From the NCBI GenBank assembly GCA_043228905.1, contig JBHGNT010000022.1, positions 8,370,001-8,434,000 of the forward strand: DNA of 64,000 nucleotides. The letters run 5' to 3'. A model generated the notes under the pieces. It saw nothing but the letters and a program-made list of their open reading frames with translations, was not told where the DNA came from and ran no database searches. The translations under genes and the position numbers were made by a program. Numbering within the stretch: position 1 is the first letter of the stretch; every line of letters begins with the position of its first letter. Source of the DNA: Azolla caroliniana (Eukaryota; Plantae; Polypodiophyta). This document shows, one piece after another, positions 50,101 to 61,390 of the stretch.

Positions 50101-53100
50101 ACTTACAAACCAGACTGTAGAAAATTCGTATCCTCTCTTATTAGCTCCCTAATGTGAGGAAACTTGAACACAACGTTGACCAATGAAAATGAGAATGAAG
50201 GTTAAATGATGAATATGTGCTTGCAAGCTACAAAAAGCTCATATTGTTCAATGTTAGGATTGGTTAGTTTGAACATGAAAATTGAAAAAAGAAGGTAGAG
50301 AGTAGAAATCTGAATAACAAAGTAAGTGATTCTATGGAGCCAGTTTAATAAATGTCTTATTAGATATTCAATGCATGTAAACATGGTGTGAGAGAGTGAG
50401 AGAGAAAGATATAGGAGGTTTAGATGGATAGTTAGATAGATTGATCTTCCTAGGTATGAATAGCCACCATTAAAAAATAATACATAGGTAGGGCCATTAA
50501 TGACCTTGGGGATAAATATGGCCTACGCTTTGTCTATAGCATGGGTGGCTGTAACTCAGTTGGTAAGGTTGTCTGGCTAAGTCCAGAAAGTCATGCATTC
50601 ATCACCTACATTTTGCAGTTGCATTTAGTAAAGTAGTATGTATATTGAGATGTGAACCCCGGTCCATGGGTCAGTAAAAATTGGCTCACCACTAGAGTAT
50701 AGCCCTAATATAGATCATAGTTGAGTGGCTGTGTGAACTGGTTGGAGTCTGTAAGATTACTAGTTTGTAAAAATTGGCTCACCACTAGAGTATAGCCCTA
50801 ATATAGATCATAGTTGAGTGGCTGTGTGAACTGGTTGGAGTCTGTAAGATTACTAGTTTGTAAAAATTGGCTCACCACTAGAGTATAGCCCTAATATAGA
50901 TCATAGTTGAGTGGCTGTGTGAACTGGTTGGAGTCTGTAAGATTACTAGTTTAGTACACCAATGTGGCATGTACTTCAGGAGAAGTGATAACGTATGTCA
51001 AAAATGTGTGAAAGTACAAGGAGTTGAAGCCATGACCTTGAGTTGATATCCTATTAAATTACAACTAAAAGTAAGCCCATTATGATAAGGGAAGAGATAT
51101 CTCTAATATGGAAAAGAATAGAGGTCTTGTTCTTGTTAAAATTTGGACTTTTGTTTCAGGAGTCATATACTAATGTTTACAACTGGCAATATGTCAACTG
51201 CCTGAAGCTTTGGGTGCACGTGCTTTGCACATATGCGGGCAAAAAGGATCTCCTTCCTCTTGTATATCCCGTGACACAAATAATTACTGGAGTGGCACAG
51301 CTAGTACCTACCACACGATATTTCCCTTTGCGAATGCATTGTGCCAAGCTGCTCAACAAGATTGCAAATGAAACTGGAACATTTATACCGGTTACAGGAC
51401 TGCTTCTAGAAATGTTGGAGTTTAAAGAGTTGAACAAAGCGCCAACTGGAGGAGTGGGGCATTCAATCGATTTTAACTCTGTACTTAAGGTACTTATTTG
51501 TATCTCTTGCGTGAATGTGATCAATATAAACTTTTTCGTTTTTTATGTTGATCATGTTCTAGGATCTTTGTTTTCTCTCCATCTTGGGCTGGCCTATCTG
51601 AGATGTTCAGAAGACAGAAATGTTCAACTCATTTTTTAACCCACATAAGCTGATACTCATGGTCACATGAATAGGGTAACAAGTTAATACCTGCATATGT
51701 GGGAGATGTTCAGAAGGCAGAAATGTTCATCTCATTTTAGCCCATATAAGCTCATACCCATAGCCACATCACAAGCAAAAAGTTAAATGCTAGAATATAT
51801 TGGGCCGTTGTATTCATTTCTTCCCTTGGCTCTCAAGATATGAAATCACTGTAGATGAAGTTGTTGGGTCTCATAGAGATATTAATCTATTATTTTTCAT
51901 GGAGGAAATTGAGGCATAGGGGGATGGGAGTTGAGATCTTGACTTACAGCTTAAAGGGCATGGAAAGAGTACCAACCTTTTATTCATTCATGCAATGTTA
52001 ATACAAAAATATGTTCATTTTTCTCAAGTATTTATAGTGGGAATATTGCATATTAATGAATCTGTAGGTCTCAAAAGCTTCTCTGAAGACACGTGCATTC
52101 CAAGATGAATGTGTTGCAGCATCTATTGAAGAATTTGCTGAGCATCTTGGGCAATGGAGCTATGCTATTGCTTTCCCAGAGCTAGCTTTGATTGCCCTTA
52201 TTGGGCTTCGTCGTTTTGCAAAAGAAACCAAGGTCGACCGTTTCCGACGTCAAGTGAAGCAACTAGTTGATCATGTACTGTTTTGTCCTTTTTGCTTATA
52301 ATGGGTATATGGGTGAAGTACATTATTATAACAAAACATAGCCCAGCAACATAAAAGTGAAACAAAATCCTAAGGTCATAATGACCTCATTACAATCTGC
52401 TTTCAGATATAGGTCTGGTAGCTGTTAATCTTGTACAATTTCATGGTGAACTGTAGTATTTTTTGAACTGTCTGGGAATTGATTTGTGGGTTTGGATATT
52501 GTTCCAGATTGAGCAGAACATCGACTATGTTTCAAGGAAGCGAAGCAGTGTCAATTTTTCTCCCAAGGATGCTCAATTGGTGGCAACTTTCTTGCAGGTT
52601 TGGATTCGGATTATAAGGGAAAAAACATCACATTGCCCCTAGGTTTTTGACAATGATCCCATTACTTGTCCCAAGTACAAAGTTAACTACTTGAGAGGGG
52701 CATTCTCATAATTTAAGTCATGCCCTTCCTGCATGGATCTAGGTCCTATTATTATATTCTAAAATTTGCAACTCCTAACAACATAAACTGACACATTCAT
52801 TTTTGTAAATCTATAAAAATAAGATGAAAAAACAAAATAAACCTTTGGTAGTATGGAATTTACTATTAAAAAGAACTTTTGTTGTAATTTTGTAGGGTAT
52901 TTTGGAGAATATCTGAAAAGTTAGGGGTATTTTGGTGTTAAGACTCCTTATAAGTGCATTTTTTCCTTCGCGAATAAAAAAACCTACCAATCTCTTTTGT
53001 TTTGTTTTGACCAAATTTTGTCTCGTAAATTTGTAGTAAACAATGACTTTTTGTTTTTGTTCAGGAGGAGAAGGTTGCAGGCATGAGTCCGCTATCAAAG

Positions 53101-54153
53101 TTTGTGAGTAGCCTGAGGCAGGGTGCCAAACAACGTCGTGCAAATATCCACACATCAAGGTAATTATATGTGTAAAAACATTAGTGTGCTTCAATAGACA
53201 TTTTTAATGTCCACACATGGAGCAATATTATGAGTGTAAAACAGTCACTACAATATAGTGAAAGACATTATTAATATCCACACAGGAGGCCTATATATAG
53301 AATCTAGATGTTAAAAAGTAATTATGTCACTGCAACATACATTGATAATCTCCACATGTTGAGGAATAATTGTAAGTGTAGAACCTTGTCTATATTGTAT
53401 TGCAATACATTGCTCCTTTTCATACAAGGTTTTAGAACAACTTTTGTTCAATATTGGCTTTTTGTCTTATGTAGCGTGGTGTTGAAAGAAAAGCAGTTGG
53501 AAGATACCTATTTGGCCGTTGAAGAGGAGGATGAAAAAACACCAAATGTCTTTAGTTCGGATTGGCTTCCTCCAAAGAAGGATAAAAAGTATACATTTAA
53601 ACCTTTTCTTTTCACATCTTTTTGAATATTTTGTTAGATCATTGTTTGTTAGCGATTAAACAACATACAAGAGTCAGAAAATGAATATATATATATATAG
53701 CTTGAGCCTCATGGACGCATAGGCTTAATCTTGCATTAAATCCTTCCAAATGATCATGTTCAATTCATTCCTTAACGTAAAATTTTAAAATTTCTCTTTT
53801 GTAGTTCATCTCAAGAAGACAAAGATCAAGTGGCAAAGAATAGTAAAATGGGCGATGTTGAAGGTAATGAAAATTCAGATGCCGAAGATATTGTGGAAGA
53901 GCTTGAGATGTCTTCAGATGACGAAGATAAAGAAATGGTATCATCAAGTGATGTTGATAATGAAGATCAAGGAGTTCAGGTTAAACTGAAAGATAAAGGA
54001 AACAAACGGGGAAGCTCAAAACTCAGCTTGACAAAGAAACCAAAGAGATTGAATGGCGGTATCAGACCTCGGAATTCTCTTAGCGCTTCGCCTGGAGAAA
54101 CTGGCATCCGCAAACCAAAGAAAAAGGGAAACAAATTCTCACAAAAAAAGTAG
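47110..54153 (+). CDS. NOC2: Nucleolar complex protein 2 homolog (NOC2/REBELOTE-like), 14 exons
   Basis: GT-AG exons that join in frame: 47110-47230, 47701-47758, 47853-47979, 48112-48172, 48298-48398, 48774-48842, 48992-49492, 49587-49889, 51160-51489, 52068-52274, 52508-52597, 53065-53159, 53475-53588, 53805-54153. Motifs KDPEFFKFLEEHD, LVKSYLGN, YQQAFMFIRQLAI.LRNA, VYNWQYVNCL.LW, RYFPLR, IAFPEL. Confidence 0.93.
50543..50610 (+). other. Degenerate tRNA-derived (SINE-head-like) sequence in NOC2 intron 8
   Basis: GGCTGTAACTCAGTTGGTAAGG (A-box-like), stem TCTGG/CCAGA at the anticodon-arm position, decayed T-arm. Confidence 0.35.
50674..50952. repeat. 3 x 93-bp identical tandem repeat in NOC2 intron 8
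   Basis: Units start at 50674, 50767 and 50860; no differences seen by eye. Confidence 0.95.
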
Positions 54154-55787
54154 AACCTCACAAAAGTAACAAAGAAAAAAACGAATGTGACGTTTTAAGT
54201 AATGTATTTTGATATCTGAATGATTGAACAGAGATATCAATTCATTTTTGAAATGAGAGGTAATATTGCCAATTTATTTATTGATGCGGAGGTAGTATAG
54301 TTAATCTCATTCATTTGAATGGGATTGGAGGGAGAGGTTTATTGTGTTGGCAAGAGAGATGGTGTTCGAGCACAAATAATTTTAAAGAAGCGGCTAAGTA
54401 ATTTTAGAAGCTCATGAAGGAAACTAACTTATTGTTTTGCCAGACTTAAATAAAAGAAGGTAGGATATCATCTTTGATAACAGTTGCTTGAATGGGTAGT
54501 GTAAAACCTACAATTCAAACCATGGCATGGCCTGCCTCATTTGAGGTTGTATTTGTATATCAGTGATTTGATATGTACTCTTTCTAATGGTGGTTGTCTT
54601 GCTATTTTGTATCTTGTGGAATCAAAAGTTTGATTTTAGCTTATGAGAGTACCTATAATTGAGTGCATGCACTAACCATTATGCATGGTAGTAATCTGCA
54701 CAAATACTGCATTGCGAAATTAGTTGTTTATGCATACCATGCTAAGTTGAGATAAGTAATTGGTCTTCTCGGTCTCTTAGATGCGGTGATGATATAGAAC
54801 TTGCGCAGAAACATGTGAATTAGGGACAGCTACATATGGTGTATGTCTTTCTTGTAGTGGGCATAAGACATTGTGCTAAATCACAATGTGAGCATTGCCT
54901 TGTAAATGTTACAAGAGACATGTAGAATGTTGGCAAATGATTGCCTAATGGATTCATGAGATTAATACAATGACATTCTTTTAAAGTTATAAACATCGTT
55001 TTGAAATTTACAGCTTTTATGGCTGTCTCAACAATCAATGCCTTGGATTTTGCAGGTTGATGTAAAAAAACTATTATTTTCATTTGAGATCATGCATTAT
55101 AAAATGCTAAAGAAAAGAAGACTTTGCAACATTGATTCATGTTTCTCAACATGACACACGGGGTGAAAATAATAGCATTGTCTCTCTAATGAAAGAAGAC
55201 ATGATAAAATGGGGGTGTTGCTGATGATGGGTTATGATGATTGAATGGGGTGGTACAAATTGCAAAGACATGGGTCAATTGAGTCATTCCAAGCTGGCAC
55301 GAGTATATGTCAACATAGAAAATCTTTATTTTCTGTAAGATCATGGTTTTAATCCCAAGGGTGTGTGTGGATGGTGGTTGAGAGAGACAAACGTTCTCTT
55401 TCTTGTGGATGGCAACTAGATGATGATGCCGTACAATCGAACTTTACCTAGGAGAGGAGGATATGGATAGATCTTCCTGATATGTGAGCATGTTTGTTCT
55501 CTCCGTTGAAAAGGTGAGTTAACAAGGCATTTTTATGTTTCTTTTATGACCCCCCCATCTTGGCGTCAATGCTACGAATGAGTAAAAATATCATCCAATC
55601 CGGACGTGTGAAGGAAATGACAATATGTGGCAAATAAGGAATGTATGGTTGGTTTCATTTGGTTTCAAGTGATGATTGAGAAGGGGTGGGTTTGTTTGGC
55701 TAATTTACATTTGTAGGCCTGTGATAGATGGATGGATGGCTTTACTACTACGTACTACTGTCTGTATAATACACACAACATACACAA

Positions 55788-57530
55788 ATGCTCTCGGAGT
55801 CGGAACACAACCTACAAAAGCATCTTAATGCCCTAGATGACTTTTGTACACAACGAGGACTGGTAGTGAATCTAGCGAAAACTAAAGTCCTTATCTTTCA
55901 TACATCGTCCCGAGTTAGGAGTAAATGTCACCTAATCCTCTCTTATAAACTAGTTGAGGTAGTTGGATCATATGTATACTTGGGAGTCACTTTTAGTGCT
56001 CACTCAGGAAAATTCTCGATGACCCAGGTAACCAAAAATAGGCTAACGAGAGGGTATGCATCCCTCTCATTCTTAGAGAGACAATGCCACTAGGCATACT
56101 TTCAAGAGCCACAGATTAAGGGATGGCTCTTCGACTCATTAGTGACCCCTTCCCTCAGGTATGCATTAGTAGTATGGGCTCCAAGTCTACCATCTTTCAT
56201 GTGGACGCAATTAGAGAGACATTTGGTGACGATGTTATCACGTCAACTCAGATGCAAATCGACAGTACCACGTGACATTATTAGAGCAAAGTTTAGTATG
56301 CCCCTGATGTTAGTAGAAGCACAGTTTCAAGTGGTAGTTTTTATTCATCGGATACATAGCCAACCACAAGATAGGATATCTCGTCGAGCCTTTGAGGCAT
56401 CCCGATCCCTACATGCGTCTAGAGACACTAGCTCTTGGTATAGCAATGTGGTGAGTTGGTTACTTGCAAACAGCATAGACATTAATAACCTACCCCCCTT
56501 AAGTACAACCATGGGACTGATCAAACTCTAATATCTCATGAAGACCGTAATAAAGTGATATGCCAAGAAATATGGCAAATTTACACTCGATATAAATGGA
56601 TCACCTCACGAGAGCCACTCCCATCTAAAATGTTGTACTATAAGGAACATTTCTTGCACTTCTCTCAGTTAGGTTTTATTACACGACCAAGATATCTAGA
56701 TACATTCTTATCAAATGCACTAAGGGTGGCCATTGGACAACTTAGGATATCATCTCACCAACTTGAGATTGAGAATGGTCGGGCTAATAGAGTCCCTAGA
56801 GAGGAAAGGCTATGTAGGTTGTGCCACATAGAGATAGAGGATGAGTATCACTTCACATGCAAGTGCCCAACTTATGCCGAGATATGAGTGGAATACCAAG
56901 ATATATTAGGACCCTCTCCCACCCTCTCCAAACTATTAGATACCTCGTATATCTTAGAGCTAAAACAACATAGGGAGAATAAATTATAAAGTGTTAACCA
57001 TAACCCTTTTACTAGTCATCAACTTGTAACTAGTGTAATTTTTCAGGAATAAGGGGAGACGATGAATGTAGATACACTTACGCCACTCAGCCTCTCTCTT
57101 GAGGAAGCAGAAATACAAAGAAAAACCAAACGCCCTCGGATGTTGGGCTTCAAAACAAGTCGACACGGAATAGAAATGATTAAGAAGATAAGGGAATGTG
57201 AACTACGTCGACTAGAAGCTATTGGTTGGGGTACCTTTTACATTGGGGCGACGGGCCACATCCACATCGAAACCCTTTGACCTCCTGCTTCTCTTCGAGA
57301 GACTTGTATGACATCATTTTCGTTGTAGAACATGTTTGTTATTTTACTAAAACGATTTAGCTTAAAACTCTATTTTTATTTTTATTTTTTACTTTCGATG
57401 AATGGGTAAATATTCCTTTTTTTTTTCCAAAAAAATAAATATCCTTTTTTTTTTTGTTGTAAACCATTTGTCTCATGGGGCCAATTTTGGCCTTAGAAGA
57501 TGTTAATATATCTTTCTTTCTTTCTTTCTC
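55788..57530 (+). mobile_element. 5'-truncated RTE-X-like LINE, family 2, copy 1
   Basis: RT thumb (VNLAKTKVL, YVYLGV), QLRISSHQLEIENGR..RLCRLC..EDEYHFTCKC, and a (TTTC)n tail at about 57512-57530. Confidence 0.88.
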
Positions 57531-57603
57531 TCCTTCTCTTTTCACCTCCATACACATACATAACATACATTCATACATACATAACCCCTCTCCTCTTGCA
57601 AAC

Positions 57604-60600
57604 ATGGCCTCTTGCTCTTCTCTTCTCCTCTCCCTCTCTGCTCTCTCAGGTAACCAACATTACATTACCACATCTCTTTGGCATCTTCAATGTGTGCTCA
57701 ACATCCCTCTGTTCTGTTATCTCATCTCCCTGGGTTTTTGCAGGACAAGCTTGCTGCAGATCAACACAGCTTGACGCGAATTCCGGCTCCAGTTTAAGAG
57801 GTACTTTTGGTTTTTATGAACTTTGTTTCTTTGTTGGAGGGTTTCTATATTCAAGCAATTTGAAGTTCTCTGAAGTCTGAGAAAAGTGTGGTAGGTGTAT
57901 ATCCATGCATGAGCTGAAGTATGAGAGATGCCATATCTATATACATGGATGTGAAAATGCATATCCATGCATGTGAAAATGAGATATTTATGTCCATTTG
58001 ATGTGAGAATATGACAAATGTGGATATCTTATGTATCCCTGGATATGAAATATGAAATATGAGAAATGTGTATGTGTAATATATCTTTACATCCAAAGTT
58101 TAAAAAAATGTGAATCTATGCACATACTACATGTCTAGAATTTGTGGCAATCTTACCTGCATCTGAGTTTTCAAATCTACAGCCTTTTGGTGCAGTGAGA
58201 ATGCACGGACAAGTCAAATTGGAAGACGAATCACAGGTTTGGTAGTGAAGAATGGAAGCTTCCATGAGTACAGTAAAAAGAAGGATACGCTGAGAGTGAG
58301 AAGTAGTCAGGTAGAAGAACCAGTCACGATCGACAACTCGTCAGGTCTGCTTGTTATGGATTTTGATTGTGATATGATGTAAAAGAGGATTTTACATGTC
58401 AAACTGAGCATTTGTCTGTATTATGATGAACGTTTCTATCATCATATAAGTCCTTCTAGCATATTATACTTTGTATTTGAATGAAATGGATGTTATGAGT
58501 TTTGTTGGTTAAAGAGCATTTTATCATTCTAGAAAATAGCATTTTGTAAGCTGAGTGTGGCGGATCCATTCATTTTCAGAGGAAAGTAAGTAAGTAATTG
58601 CATAAATGGCTTTTGTTGGTCAGTGAACTTTGCTAAAATTAATATAATTCTAGCATGTTATATTTAACCGGATCTTTTCATCTCTTTAAGAAAACAAGTG
58701 AAGGTAATTTGCATATGAGAATCTAGTGCTTAAACTTAACCCCAAGAAGGAGGTTTTTGCTCCTAAAGTACCATGTCCTTGATCAGTTCTCGTAGTTGGG
58801 GGTGGGGGAGTTGGGTTGGAGGTAACAAAGGCACTGGCAAAAGCGGGATCATGGGTGACTGTGTTCCAGCGGAGTGACAAATTCCGGAAAAATATTGAAG
58901 AGCTAGGAGCTATGCTCAACATTGGAGATGTGATGGACCCTCCAACAATTGAAAAAGCCCTCCGATTGAACACGTTCGATGCTGTTGTTTGCACAGTTGG
59001 TAATAGCTTGAAATTGATTGGAAATTTGACTTTTAAGGCAGAAACAAAAAAAAGATCAATACTTTATTATGGGTTTTTAATCTAGGTGGAGGAACCAAAA
59101 ACCCCGAGGTTGATAAGGTATTAACTCTTTTCATTTCACCATAACCTAGAGATTGTTAACCAATAGGGTATCCCATTGATCAGGATGATTAATTATTAAG
59201 ATTGCCTTTTCTTTCAGGATGGGTGTATTAATGTCATAAGGGCAGCTAAGAAAGCTGGAGTCAAAAGATTTATCTTGGTAACTAACTAGTCTTCTGAGTC
59301 ATTTCTGTACAGCTTGTTTTCCTTTTTCCCATTCCCCATCTTTATATGTGAAATTACACTATACTATTTCATTGGATAACTGAGTATTACATGCATCTTG
59401 TATAATAATATCACCATTATGTAGAAATAAATAGCTCCTAGAATGAATATTTGTAGTTTATTTCATGACAAAGTTTATTTCAATAGCGTCTAACCCATGC
59501 TTTTGTCATTATATAGGATATAAGTCATTTGTTGGATTGATTTTAATGTTTTTACTTCTCTGAGTTTCATCTCAGAAATTAATTCATAGCCATGATAGTT
59601 ACTTATTGTGTAGTTTCTTACAAATTGGAGACACTGAATTGGTCATTTACTCCTTCATTTCCTTTCATTTTCAGGTGTCTAGTATTGGTGTTGGTAATAG
59701 TGTTGTAGCAGTGGACGAATCGGTTAGCCCTAACAAGTTATACCTTGTTTATGTAAGACGATTAGTTGATGATATATATATTATTTACTTTTCTTCTGTG
59801 TTTTGCAGACTCTCCAAGTCTTGAAGGTTGTACTTGAAGCCAAGTTTGGTGCTGAGGAGGAGCTCAAATCAAGTGGCCTTGCTTACACAATAGTACGACC
59901 TGGTGGCTTACTCAATGCGGTAATTTTCAATCATTACTTTCCTTTTCTGATAACAGTTTTTGTGTTGGTCTAATGAATTTTTGTGTGCTGACAAGGTGGA
60001 ACATTTCAAAGTGTCATGGAAAACCACCTAAATATTTCTCAGCATTTTGTCTATTCATCAGAGTCTCAAACAATACAATGCCTTCTCTAATAAACATGTT
60101 TGTTTTGATGTGCGGGTACATACCCCCCAAGCTAGGGCATATGTTGGGTGTTTTCCCATTTATAGATATGAATATTCTCAAGTAAAATCACAAAAGTTAT
60201 TTGATACACATGAGATATACAACATACTCTAATAAGACTTATGCCACTAGTTTTTATTAAGATTTGTATACAATAAGTTTTGTATTTATTTTTGCAGTCT
60301 CCAAGTGGGAAAGGCATTTTGACTGAAGATTATACAATAGGAGGATTAGTATCAAGGGCAGATGTGGCTTCCCTTGTAAGTGATGCATTCAGAGTTTCAG
60401 CTGATGAATAGACCAATTTATGATTATTATAAAAATGCACATCCGTTTGACATTTATTTGTTTGTGACTGAATTGAGCAGATAATGAAAATTCTGTTTAG
60501 GAAAGAGGTAGAATTCAAGACATTCTCCGCCATAGACTCTGAGAAAGTGAGTGAAGTGGATTTGCTTTTTACTCTCCATATACAGGAAATTGTCATGCGT

Positions 60601-60791
60601 TCACAACAATTAATGATATTTGGGGGGTTTTTCTTTTCCTTACAGAAGGGCACTTGACATGTTTTCTTTAATCTCTCACATAACCTCAACATTTGTGTAG
60701 AGATTTCTAACTTCTTTGCCGATTCATTGTTTGGCAGTTGCTTCCTCAAACGAGAAGTTTAGATGGTGTGACCATTTTCTCTTTGATTTGA
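57604..60791 (+). CDS. NAD(P)-binding Rossmann-fold protein (atypical SDR / NAD_binding_10-like) with a probable plastid transit peptide, 11 exons
   Basis: Exons that join in frame: 57604-57649, 57744-57800, 58183-58344, 58787-58999, 59086-59117, 59218-59277, 59675-59722, 59809-59919, 60298-60375, 60481-60546, 60738-60791. Motifs VLVVGGGGVGLEV, GVKRFILVSSIG, YTIVRPGGL, VSRADVA; Ser-rich MAS N-terminus. The last exon is the least certain. Confidence 0.85.
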
Positions 60792-61390
60792 TAATTAACG
60801 GGTTCACAAAACCGAAGGGTTCCACGCAAAAGCACAGTTACTTTCTCAGGGCGCTTCTTCAATATTTCAATTTTTTGGATTGTCAGATCGCTTTTCTTGT
60901 TTGGAAAATCCGGAGTTTGTTCAGATTCAGAAAGATGAGTTCCTTGGTGCATTCTTCACATTGCAATAGGGTATGAATATCATGTCATATGGGGTTCCAT
61001 AATCAATTCAAATTTACCCTATCTCTTATGGAAATATATGTTTACAGGATACACGTCAATGAATTCTTTGATCAATACATATCTGTATTCTAATAATATT
61101 TGATGAAATCATTGCCACAATGTTGATATTTGGCACCTAGACATGATTAGTTTTGTTTTTATTTATAAAAGCTCTCCATATAATGTCCTTCACATTTGGA
61201 CATTATAACTCAAATTTCCTCGTTTGCCACTACATTGTAATAAGGTGAGGTTGATTGAAAATATAGTTAGATTGAGATAGCCCCTTGTGTTGCTATTTTA
61301 GCCTTATGTCTTAGGGAAGTTTAGTATTTGTTGGACATCTCATCTCAGATTTCGTGGTTTGAGGGTAAATTAAAGACTCAATATAGAATG

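Noticed and set aside
50674-50952. CRISPR array or coding repeat
   Set aside because: Head-to-tail identical units with no spacers, inside an intron.
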